NCBI GenBank assembly: GCA_016699085.1
Contig: CP064958.1
Span: 345,375 to 409,374 of the forward strand
Length of the DNA stretch: 64,000 nucleotides
From: Candidatus Nomurabacteria bacterium
GTDB lineage: Bacteria; Patescibacteriota; Minisyncoccia; Phycocordibacterales; UBA9973
Reading direction: 5' to 3'
In this document: positions 55,946 to 64,000 of the stretch, piece after piece
How positions within the stretch are numbered: the stretch's first letter is position 1
How the letters are laid out: every line of letters starts with the position of its first letter
Position numbers and translations under genes: made by a program
The notes under the pieces: model-generated
What the model was told of the DNA's origin: nothing
The model's input: only the letters and a program-made list of their open reading frames with translations
Database searches by the model: none

Positions 55946-56680
55946 ATGGAAAACGATATGAAAAAAATTAAAGGAATTGCATTGATCACAGGCGCAACTG
56001 GAGATATTGGCGGGGATGTGGTCGCAGAAGGCATTTCCCGCGGATACTTCATATTGGCGTTTGGGCGAAATCAAGATAAATTATTGGCGCTTAAAGATAA
56101 GTATCAAGACGCAATAGAAACAGTGTCGCTTGATCTTTCTGACGAGGCACATGTTGAAAGAATACTTAAGGATATGAATCAAAAGTATCCTAAGGTTGAT
56201 GTGCTGATCAATGGTGCCGGACTTTTTCGTTGGGATTATGAATACGGGAAGGCAACTGTGGATGAGAACAGGCTTGCGGCCATGGAAGACTTGATGGAGC
56301 AGAACTATACTTCAAAAGTTCGCTTCATGAAATATTTCAAACCGCTCTATCGTGGGCAGAAAGTAAAAGTGATAGATGTGTCATCTTGGGCCGCGCAGTT
56401 TCCGTTGTCGGATTTGATTATCTGGCCGGAATGGGGATATGTATTCTCAATGCGTTCTGTGTCTGCTCGAAACTTGAATTTACAGAAGCAGAATGATCCA
56501 ACTGATACGTTTAGTTACGATTTGATCGAGCCGAAACTCATTGATACGCCCAAAATGCGGGAGAATATGAAAGATGACTCCGAAGGTCGTCGACCAACAA
56601 TGCATGTCAATTGGGAAGTTGATGCTCAAAAGCCTGCAGCTCTTGCGAAAAATATCTGGGATCTAGCTGAACAAGAATAA
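55946..56680 (+). CDS. atypical short-chain dehydrogenase/reductase family protein
   Basis: Rossmann TGATGDIG and NGAG motifs; canonical catalytic YxxxK not evident. Confidence 0.5.
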   Translation: MENDMKKIKGIALITGATGDIGGDVVAEGISRGYFILAFGRNQDKLLALKDKYQDAIETVSLDLSDEAHVERILKDMNQKYPKVDVLINGAGLFRWDYEYGKATVDENRLAAMEDLMEQNYTSKVRFMKYFKPLYRGQKVKVIDVSSWAAQFPLSDLIIWPEWGYVFSMRSVSARNLNLQKQNDPTDTFSYDLIEPKLIDTPKMRENMKDDSEGRRPTMHVNWEVDAQKPAALAKNIWDLAEQE

Positions 56681-56868
56681 TCGAAATAAAATGCCTCGAA
56701 AACCTCGGGGCATTTTTTATTTATCTAAAACTCATTCTCACATTCTCAAGTATGTTGGCATGAGTTTTAGGTAAAAGAAAACCCAAGCGCATGTAGGTGT
56801 TTCATTTGACAAAAGCCCGTATTTCATTAGACTGAGTCTAAATTTCTTCATAGTAAAAATCAGTCACA

Positions 56869-57642
56869 ATGGAATCAAAATTTAGCCAGAAACAGCTGGA
56901 TGCTGCAAGAAAGAAAATCATTTTCGCGCTCGATGTGGATGATCTTAAAAAAGCTAAAAACATCATAAATGATTTAGGTCCCCATGTCGGAGGCATCAAG
57001 ATTGGTTTGGAGACTCAAACAGTTTTTGGTGGTCCAATTATGCTTGATCTGACAGAAAAGCAGGACGTTGATACATTCTATGATGGCAAGTTCAATGACA
57101 TCCCCGCTACCATTATTGGTGCAACAAAACCTCTCGCAAAACGTGGAGTCGGAATGTTTAATATCCACGCTACAAGTGGTAATGAGGCAATTAAAGCTGC
57201 AGTAAAAGCATGTGAAAGTGCAGGTTGTATTGTACTTGTTGTAACTGTGCTTACTTCCATTAGTCCTGAAGAATGCATGGAAATATTTGGCGATACTCCT
57301 GAAAACAAGGTGTTACAGTTTGCTCGTAAGGCAAAAGCAAATGGAGCTCATGGTGTCGTGTGTTCAGCAAAAGAACTTCCAGTGCTTATGGCGGATGAAG
57401 AAACTCATTCGCTTATAAAAGTGACTCCAGGTATTCAGCCTGAATGGATGCAAAAGAATGATCAACAGAGAGTTATGACACCCTACGAAGCGATCAAAGC
57501 TGGTGCTGACTATTTGGTGATTGGAAGAGCAATCAGTCAACCACCTAAAGATCACGAGTATATCCAAGGTGATTCTCTCAAAGCGATTGAACTCATCACT
57601 GAAGAAATCGCCAAAGCATTGAGTGAAATGAACATAGAATAA
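56869..57642 (+). CDS. pyrF: orotidine 5'-phosphate decarboxylase
   Basis: FALDVDD ... IKIGLE ... DGKFNDIPATI ... MFNIHATSG ... LVIGRAI match OMPdecase active-site regions. Confidence 0.75.
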   Translation: MESKFSQKQLDAARKKIIFALDVDDLKKAKNIINDLGPHVGGIKIGLETQTVFGGPIMLDLTEKQDVDTFYDGKFNDIPATIIGATKPLAKRGVGMFNIHATSGNEAIKAAVKACESAGCIVLVVTVLTSISPEECMEIFGDTPENKVLQFARKAKANGAHGVVCSAKELPVLMADEETHSLIKVTPGIQPEWMQKNDQQRVMTPYEAIKAGADYLVIGRAISQPPKDHEYIQGDSLKAIELITEEIAKALSEMNIE

Positions 57643-57662
57643 ATAATTAGATATCTAAAATT

Positions 57663-57695
57663 AAAATCCCCTAAAGTGAATCACTTTGGGGGATT
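57663..57695. terminator. bidirectional terminator between convergent pyrF and the PRTase gene
   Basis: AATCCCCTAAAGTG-aatc-ACTTTGGGGGATT + T-run. Confidence 0.8.
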
Positions 57696-57698
57696 ATT

Positions 57699-58475
57699 TT
57701 ATACTAGCACCTTAGCATCACGCATTGCTTGCATTAGTATAGGCCATTCGTCTTTTGTTTGAGTCACAATATTTCCATCCTTAATGTCTGCATAAACCGC
57801 AGGATCTTCTTGTACATATTCCACAAATGGCTTTTGCCATAAAGAATATACAGGGATAGTTTGTTCACCATGCTTGAATTCTGTCTTTACTGATGGAGAT
57901 CTATTAAATGCACCAACGATGGCGACAACTGTACCTCCATTTTTCTCAATCTCAGTAATGGTTTTTTCTGTGGTGCTGAAATTATTCAATACATCTTCAA
58001 CTATAACAGTCACATCGCCTTTCCGTATTGAATGCCGCGCAAAAGCCAGATTTGTTTCCTCACGTTCCTTTTCTGACCTTGCCTTCTTCACCTTTTTTTC
58101 AGCACATGCATACCTTTTTGTACACACAAGAGCAAGCATCAGTGCCAGCGCGATACCGCCCATTTGAGGACCAATAAATACTGTTATCTTTTCGAGCAAA
58201 GCAGGGCTAATTTCGCGTTTTAGTTGTGTAGCGAAGTAGTGTACTAATGTTGGATGTTCTTCGGCTTTGGCGAAGTTTATGTAGATGTCGCCAACATATG
58301 CTTTTTCTGTTTGGTCAGGAAGGGGGTATTTACCCGCATACGTGACTAATGGACCTAATCGTTTGCCACCTTGATCTTTCGGACATTCATAGAATCCATC
58401 GATCGCATGCATGATACTGATAGGATCATTTTTCTGGTCATTAACGATCTGCATAATAGGTTTTTCGTGTGCCAT
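57699..58475 (-). CDS. type I phosphoribosyltransferase (putative orotate phosphoribosyltransferase)
   Basis: PRPP-binding motif VTVIVEDVLNNFSTT; convergent with pyrF; 258 aa is longer than typical PyrE. Confidence 0.5.
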   Translation of the reverse strand: MAHEKPIMQIVNDQKNDPISIMHAIDGFYECPKDQGGKRLGPLVTYAGKYPLPDQTEKAYVGDIYINFAKAEEHPTLVHYFATQLKREISPALLEKITVFIGPQMGGIALALMLALVCTKRYACAEKKVKKARSEKEREETNLAFARHSIRKGDVTVIVEDVLNNFSTTEKTITEIEKNGGTVVAIVGAFNRSPSVKTEFKHGEQTIPVYSLWQKPFVEYVQEDPAVYADIKDGNIVTQTKDEWPILMQAMRDAKVLV

Positions 58476-58691
58476 AGGGAGTGTATTTGTGTTTTTTAAA
58501 TTTTTTTAAACTTTACCATAGTATGGCTTTATAGCAAGATTTAATCTGCTTTATAAAAATCAGGGGAGTAAGAAGCCTCCTGTCAAAGGACTTATTGACA
58601 AATATTTTCTATTTGCTAGGATGAGATGTAATCGCAATTTTGCGCCGTTTTTATTTAGTCTTTTTATTATTACTAGTAATTTTTTATTTCT

Positions 58692-59882
58692 ATGGCAGAA
58701 CTATTTAAGCGAGACAAGCCACACATCAATGTGGGCACTATTGGTCACGTTGACCACGGTAAAACAACTCTAACAGCAGCTATCCTCCATGTGTTACAGA
58801 TGGCTGGTAAAGAGGTGAAAATGAAGGGAGTTGGCGATATCGACAACGCTCCTGAAGAAAAGGCTCGTGGTATCACGATTAACATTTCTCACAACGAATA
58901 CGCAACAGACTCACGTCACTATGCGCATATTGACGCTCCTGGACACGCTGACTACATCAAAAACATGATTACCGGTGCAGCTCAGATGGATGGTGCTATC
59001 CTCGTTGTTGCTGCTACTGACGGCGCGATGCCACAAACTCGTGAACACGTGCTTCTTGCTAAGCAAGTCGGTGTTCCAAAAATCATCGTCTTCTTGAACA
59101 AAGTAGATATGGTTGATGATAATGACTTGGTTGATCTCGTTGAAGAGGAAATCCGAGAAATCCTTGCAAAACAAGGCTTTGATAAAGATTGTCCAATTAT
59201 CCGAGGTTCAGGCCTTAAGGCTCTTGAATCAACATCTATGGATGATCCATGGGCACAGAAAGTTATGGAACTCGTTACAGCTCTCGATACCTATATTCCA
59301 GTCCCAGAGCGTGATGTTACCAAGCCTTTCCTTATGCCTATTGAAGATATCTTTTCTATCGAAGGTCGAGGTACTGTGGTTACTGGTAAAATCGAACGTG
59401 GGATCGTTAAGGTTGGTGAAGATGTTGAAATCGTCGGTATCAAACCAACACTTAAAACGACCGTTACTGGTATCGAAATGTTCAACAAGCAACTCAATGA
59501 AGGTATGGCTGGAGACAATGCAGGTATACTTCTCCGTGGAACAAAGAAAGAAGAAATTACTCGCGGACAAGTTCTCGCAAAGCCAGGCTCAGTAACACCT
59601 CATGATAACTTCGAATGTGAAGTCTATATCTTGAAGAAAGAAGAAGGCGGCCGTCACACACCATTTTTCGCAGGTTACAAACCACAATTCTACATCCGAA
59701 CAACTGACGTGACTGGTGATGTTACGCTTCCAGAAGGTACTGAAATGGTTATGCCAGGTGATACGATCAAGCTCGTGGTTAAATTGGTTACTCCAGTTGC
59801 CCTCGAAGATCAGACACGCTTTGCAATCCGTGAAGGTGGCAAGACAGTTGGTGCAGGAGTTGTAACTAAGATCATCAAGTAA
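58692..59882 (+). CDS. tuf: elongation factor Tu
   Basis: [22 protein letters not shown]; 396 aa. Confidence 0.97.
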   Translation: MAELFKRDKPHINVGTIGHVDHGKTTLTAAILHVLQMAGKEVKMKGVGDIDNAPEEKARGITINISHNEYATDSRHYAHIDAPGHADYIKNMITGAAQMDGAILVVAATDGAMPQTREHVLLAKQVGVPKIIVFLNKVDMVDDNDLVDLVEEEIREILAKQGFDKDCPIIRGSGLKALESTSMDDPWAQKVMELVTALDTYIPVPERDVTKPFLMPIEDIFSIEGRGTVVTGKIERGIVKVGEDVEIVGIKPTLKTTVTGIEMFNKQLNEGMAGDNAGILLRGTKKEEITRGQVLAKPGSVTPHDNFECEVYILKKEEGGRHTPFFAGYKPQFYIRTTDVTGDVTLPEGTEMVMPGDTIKLVVKLVTPVALEDQTRFAIREGGKTVGAGVVTKIIK

Positions 59883-59910
59883 GCTTACTATCCGAGACTA
59901 TTGTTCATTC

Positions 59911-60276
59911 ATGACAACACAAACAACAAAACCAAAGACGACTCGCAAGAAAGTCACGAAAGAAGAGGCAAGTGTCAAACTCCGCATTCGCGTCAGGGCA
60001 TATGAGAATAAAATTCTCGATGCTTCAGTGAAGCAGATTATTGATACAGCTCGAAGGTACGATGCAGTTGTTGTAGGTCCAATCCCACTTCCGACAGAGA
60101 TCAAAAAGTACACAGTCAACCGCGCATCGTTTGTCTACAAGAATACTCGAGAACAATTTGAGATGCGAGTTCACAAGCGAGTGATTGACATACTTAATCC
60201 TAATCAGAAAACGATCGAAGCACTGACAAACTTGAGTTTGCCGTCAGGGGTTGATATTGATGTCAAGATGATGTAA
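59911..60276 (+). CDS. rpsJ: 30S ribosomal protein S10
   Basis: KLRIRVRAYENKILDASVKQIIDTARRYDAVVVGPIPLPTEIKKYTVNRASFVYKNTREQFEMRVHKR: canonical uS10 with N-terminal basic extension. Confidence 0.9.
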   Translation: MTTQTTKPKTTRKKVTKEEASVKLRIRVRAYENKILDASVKQIIDTARRYDAVVVGPIPLPTEIKKYTVNRASFVYKNTREQFEMRVHKRVIDILNPNQKTIEALTNLSLPSGVDIDVKMM

Positions 60277-60321
60277 GGTATATCTCTAACCGAGCATGTC
60301 GGTTCGCCCGACCTCTACTAT

Positions 60322-60933
60322 ATGAAATTTATTCTAGCTACAAAGGAATACATGACAACCTATTTTGCACCGGATGGCAGAGCTATTCCGGTTACGGTTG
60401 TTCACGCAGGTCCTATTACGGTAACCCAAGTTAAAACTCAAGAACTCGATGGCTATGACGCTATCCAGTATGGTTCAGGCACTCAGAAAGAATCACGCAT
60501 GACGAAAGCAGAAATTGGCCACCTCAAAGAATTACAGAAGACCAACATTCTCCGTGAAGTTCGGCTCGATATGCCAGCTGATGTCAAACGTGGCGATACT
60601 GCTGATGTTTCATTGTTTACGCCAGGAGATGTCGTCAGTGTTTCAGGTATTTCAAAAGGTAAAGGATTTCAAGGTGTCGTCAAGCGATATAACTTTGCTG
60701 GTGGACGTAGAAGTCATGGTCAAAAGCATTCTGAACGTGAAGGTGGATCAATCGGTGGAGGTTTGCGCTCGCGCGTACCGAAAGGCATGCGAATGCCAGG
60801 CCGTATGGGAACTGATATGATTACGGTCACTAACCTCGAAATTATCGCTGTTGAATCTGAAACTGGCACAATGCTTATCAAAGGTGCGCTTCCTGGAAGA
60901 CGAGGTACGCTATTAGAAATCAAGGCAAAATAA
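60322..60933 (+). CDS. rplC: 50S ribosomal protein L3
   Basis: canonical uL3 (GKGFQGVVKRYNFAGGRRSHGQKHSEREGGSIGG). Confidence 0.92.
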   Translation: MKFILATKEYMTTYFAPDGRAIPVTVVHAGPITVTQVKTQELDGYDAIQYGSGTQKESRMTKAEIGHLKELQKTNILREVRLDMPADVKRGDTADVSLFTPGDVVSVSGISKGKGFQGVVKRYNFAGGRRSHGQKHSEREGGSIGGGLRSRVPKGMRMPGRMGTDMITVTNLEIIAVESETGTMLIKGALPGRRGTLLEIKAK

Positions 60934-60966
60934 TACTTGTCCCGTTAGAAAGAAACCAAAAACAAT

Positions 60967-61764
60967 ATGACAACAAATCTGAAACAACCAAATACTAGTA
61001 CAACCAAGCGAAATGAAACGCAGGTTGTTTCTGATGGTATGGAAGTAATAAAGAAACAAAAGAATACCAAAGCAAAGACTGGCAAACCAGTACTTAAGTC
61101 TTTGGAAGTGCCTTTGTATACGCAAGCTGGCAAATCTGACAGCATGCTTCCACTTCCACCTGAATACTTTGGTTTGCCTTGGAAAGCTGATTTGGTGCAC
61201 TATGTAGCAAATGCAATGCTTCTCAATAAACGTGCAGGTACTGCCGATACAAAAAGTCGCGGTGAAGTTCGCGGTGGTGGCAAGAAGCCTTGGCGTCAAA
61301 AAGGTACTGGACGAGCTCGACATGGATCAAGTCGTTCACCAATCTGGAAAGGTGGAGGTGTGACCCACGGACCGCTCGCTGAGAAAAACTACAAACAGAA
61401 AATAAATAAGAAAATGAAAGTGAAAGCTCTCTTTACTGCACTGTCAGCTAAGGCTAAAGCAGGAGATATTCTTTTCATTGACGCACTAAAACTCGACAAC
61501 ACGAAAACTAAAGATGCAGTGAAGATTATCGGTGCAGTAGGTACTATCAAAGGATTTGAGCGAGCAGCAAAAAATACAAAACGCCAAATTGCGCTTATCC
61601 TACCTGATTTGACTTCTCTAATGGATCGCTCATTTAGAAATCTTTCCTCTGTTGAGCTTGTTGCGACCAAAGAGCTCAATGTCGTCAATATTCTCGAATA
61701 CAAAACAATTATTTTTGTTGATCCGAAAGCAACCTTTGCATTATTCGCGAAGAAATTTGCATAA
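60967..61764 (+). CDS. rplD: 50S ribosomal protein L4 (N-terminally extended)
   Basis: RGEVRGGGKKPWRQKGTGRARHGS uL4 signature; ~50 aa extra N-terminal residues; alternative start MEVIKKQ. Confidence 0.85.
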   Translation: MTTNLKQPNTSTTKRNETQVVSDGMEVIKKQKNTKAKTGKPVLKSLEVPLYTQAGKSDSMLPLPPEYFGLPWKADLVHYVANAMLLNKRAGTADTKSRGEVRGGGKKPWRQKGTGRARHGSSRSPIWKGGGVTHGPLAEKNYKQKINKKMKVKALFTALSAKAKAGDILFIDALKLDNTKTKDAVKIIGAVGTIKGFERAAKNTKRQIALILPDLTSLMDRSFRNLSSVELVATKELNVVNILEYKTIIFVDPKATFALFAKKFA

Positions 61765-61769
61765 ATTTT

Positions 61770-62066
61770 ATGGCTACTACAACGACTAAAAATCTATACG
61801 CACATGTCCTCACACGTCCTCGTATAACTGAGAAGGCAGCACAAGTAAGCACAAAGAATGTGTACACATTTGATATTGCAAAGACGACAACGAAGAACGA
61901 AATTATGAAAGCTATAAAGGCTCTCTATAAAGTTACTCCAGTTGCTATCCGTGTAGTGACTATTCCACGAAGAAATGTTATACGACGTGGCAAGGCTGGT
62001 GTACAAAGCGGTGGTAAGAAAGCCTATGTATCACTTAAAAAGGGCGACAAAATAGAATTAATTTAA
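61770..62066 (+). CDS. rplW: 50S ribosomal protein L23
   Basis: canonical uL23, 98 aa. Confidence 0.88.
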   Translation: MATTTTKNLYAHVLTRPRITEKAAQVSTKNVYTFDIAKTTTKNEIMKAIKALYKVTPVAIRVVTIPRRNVIRRGKAGVQSGGKKAYVSLKKGDKIELI

Positions 62067-62076
62067 TCGTACTGAC

Positions 62077-62925
62077 ATGAAGCACTATAAACCTACAACT
62101 CCATCACGACGTCACATGACCAATGTATCCTACAGAGGTGTTTTGACAGGCGTTAAGCCCCACAAGGCTCTGACGAGTGGCTTCAAGCGACATTCTGGTC
62201 ACAACAACCAAGGCCGTATTACCACGAGACACAAAGGTGGTGGCCACAAACGACTCTATCGTGATGTTGATTTTCTATATAACAAAATTGATATTCCAGC
62301 CAAGATCACGAGTATTGAATATGATCCAAACCGAAGTGGTTTTATCGCTCTTGCTGTATATCGAGATGGTGAAAAGCGATATGTCTTGGCATCAAAAGCT
62401 ATGACAGCAGGAACGAGTTTCATCGTTTCAGAAAAAGCACCACTAACTCCTGGTAATCGTTTGCCACTACGACTGATTCCAGTTGGAACTTTTGTATATA
62501 ACATTGAAGTCAAACCAAAAGGCGGCGCTAAGATTGCTCGCTCTGCAGGTATTTTTGCGCAAGTCATCGCTAATACTGATGGTAAGACTCATATCAAAAT
62601 GCCTTCGACTGAAGTACGCACAGTATCAGAGAATTGCTGGGCAACAATCGGTGAAGTATCAAATGAAGAATATAAATTGCAGAATTTCGGTAAAGCTGGC
62701 CGTTCTCGATGGAAGGGTATTCGTCCAACAGTTCGAGGTTCTGTCATGAATCCAGTTGACCACCCATACGGTGGAGGTGAAGGACGACAAGGCCGTGGCA
62801 CTCGAAGGCCTAAGACTATGTGGGGTAAAGTCACTGGTGGACGCAAGACTCGCACACCAAAGAAATACTCAAACACCTTTATCGTCTCACGACGCAAAAC
62901 TGGCAAATCAAGGAAGTCCCAATAA
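62077..62925 (+). CDS. rplB: 50S ribosomal protein L2
   Basis: canonical uL2 ([22 protein letters not shown] ... [14 protein letters not shown]). Confidence 0.95.
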   Translation: [282 protein letters not shown]

Positions 62926-62929
62926 ATCA

Positions 62930-62958
62930 AAAACAACTCCTCGCGGAGTTGTTTTACA
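62930..62958 (+). terminator. rho-independent terminator directly after rplB
   Basis: AAAACAACTCC-tcgc-GGAGTTGTTTT. Confidence 0.75.
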
Positions 62959-62975
62959 TTTGTTAAGATTACGAT

Positions 62976-63371
62976 ATGGAATCATATGAAAAAGATAAAC
63001 AAGCTTTTACTATCTCTGGACGTATTCGAAGTATGCGGCACGCGTGTCGAGGACTACTCATCTTTATAAAAAATGAGCACAATGCTTGGCTGCATATCGT
63101 AGCGCTTATTGCTGTGGTGATGCTTGGCATGTATTTTTCTATTTCGTCTATCGAATGGTTGTTTATAATCCTAGCTGTCGGTATCGTCTTTGTCGCGGAA
63201 GCCTTTAACACTGCGCTAGAGATCGATATGAATCTGACGAGTCCTGAATTCAACCCCAAAGCTCGTGACACCAAAGATATAGCTGCAGGGGCTGTGCTCA
63301 TCACCTCACTTGCCGCACTTCTCATCGGCCTCATCATATTTATACCAAAAATACTCTGGTGTTTTAAATAA
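62976..63371 (+). CDS. dgkA: diacylglycerol kinase / undecaprenol kinase family (DgkA)
   Basis: three TM helices and the conserved E..NTALE...ARDTKDIAAGAVL motif of the DgkA family; 131 aa. Confidence 0.75.
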   Translation: MESYEKDKQAFTISGRIRSMRHACRGLLIFIKNEHNAWLHIVALIAVVMLGMYFSISSIEWLFIILAVGIVFVAEAFNTALEIDMNLTSPEFNPKARDTKDIAAGAVLITSLAALLIGLIIFIPKILWCFK

Positions 63372-63406
63372 AAAGACTAATAAATTGGGCTTTTTTAGAT
63401 GTACGC

Positions 63407-63433
63407 AAATGCAAGGGAAATCCTTGCATTTTT
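63407..63433 (+). terminator. rho-independent terminator
   Basis: AAATGCAAGG-gaaa-TCCTTGCATTTTT. Confidence 0.75.
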
Positions 63434-63485
63434 CTGTAGTTATGGTATAGTGTCAACAAATTCATTGTTAAACAAACAAAAAAAC

Positions 63486-64000
63486 AAATAAGCCATGCTG
63501 TACTTAAACATTTTGCCCGATACCTGGGGAATCCCATATGGTAATTCGATTGTATTAGGGATACTAATAATTCTTTTGGTGGTGTTTTTAATATACCGCA
63601 AAAGGATTTTTGCCCGATTTAAAACTCATAAGTCAGATAAGACGATCGGATTGAATGATCCAATTGTTGATGAAACAAACAGGTCAAAATTTGAAAATGG
63701 GAAAGCAATTATTGTGGCCACTGCTGATCCGAATGTTCGTCCACTTAAAAAAGCTGAAGAAGAAAAACAAGCTATTCCAGTGTCGGATGTAAATGAAAAT
63801 AAAGCTGATGAACAAACTCTGGCAGTGAACTATGTTGCACCAGAGCCTGAGGCATTGCCATTTGCTGCTTTTCTGCCGGAAGATGCCAATGACTTAAATT
63901 CTGTCATCTCGGCGCATAAGAACATTCCAAAAATTGCCCTTAATGCAGAGGAATCCAGGAAAATTCTTGGAATGTTCGCAAAGGACTATGAGAGTACGAT
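63486..64000 (+). CDS. hypothetical membrane protein (3'-partial, runs off the window)
   Basis: open frame from the ATG at 63486 to the window end; N-terminal TM IVLGILIILLVVFLIY. Confidence 0.3.

Noticed and set aside
1-64000. Alternative genetic code (UGA recoding as in Gracilibacteria/SR1) or Bacteroidota affiliation suggested by the Por-type CTDs
   Set aside because: Long conserved genes (fusA 716 aa, tuf, pilB, rny) are uninterrupted under the standard code. Canonical A-stem-T intrinsic terminators after most genes plus a T4P/competence operon argue against typical Bacteroidota. Phylum assignment is left open.
1-64000. CRISPR arrays, integrases, transposases, phage structural genes
   Set aside because: No regularly spaced short direct repeats with unique spacers were seen. 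No tyrosine/serine recombinase, DDE transposase, terminase, portal or capsid signatures were recognised among the ORFs. The mobile-looking regions are recombinase-less.

Overview
This 64-kb window comes from a low-GC, gene-dense bacterial chromosome. The small proteins, canonical rho-independent terminators, type IV pilus/competence machinery and large secreted pilin-like or surface proteins suggest a small-genome, possibly CPR/Patescibacteria-like or Firmicutes-like organism; the phylum cannot be decided from this window. The standard genetic code appears to be in use, because fusA and tuf read through intact.

Backbone genes found:
- NUDIX hydrolase, YraN, MscL.
- A tRNA cluster (Pro-UGG, Arg-CCG, Gly-UCC).
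- HU, a TrmB-like regulator, RNase Y, ClpP, trigger factor, inorganic pyrophosphatase, NusA.
- A pilB-pilC-pilin operon; tpiA-pgk; HIT; RecJ; RNase HI; Fe/Mn SOD.
- A split ComEC; bL28; an M50 protease.
- An rpsL-rpsG-fusA ... tuf-rpsJ-rplC-rplD-rplW-rplB ribosomal cluster, followed by dgkA.

Structures worth a second look:
1. A 2.5-kb island directly 3' of tRNA-Gly. It consists of two tandem modules with conserved left (A) and right (B) end repeats and different small-ORF cargo, including an HNH-like protein. It is closed by a direct copy of the tRNA-Gly 3' end.
2. A tRNA-Pro gene sitting between perfect 21-bp inverted repeats inside a disrupted older tRNA-Pro copy, plus a tRNA-Arg 3'-end duplicate.
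3. A roughly 4-kb low-coding region (7.2-11.4 kb) full of two repeat families, long hairpins, terminators and small ORFs.
4. A three-copy GC-rich bipartite element (TCTCGCCCCGTAC ... GTTYTGGGGT). Two inverted copies bracket a lipoprotein gene and one sits right after fusA beside a decayed duplicate of the fusA 3' end.
5. A 5.4-kb block (lipoprotein, small-ORF operon, SDR, pyrF, a PRTase) inserted between fusA and tuf. Terminators occur inside the ribosomal protein cluster, and dgkA sits where rpsS is expected.
6. Two secreted proteins with T9SS-type C-terminal sorting-domain-like tails; a split comEC with sodA between the halves.

No CRISPR array, integrase or transposase was recognised.
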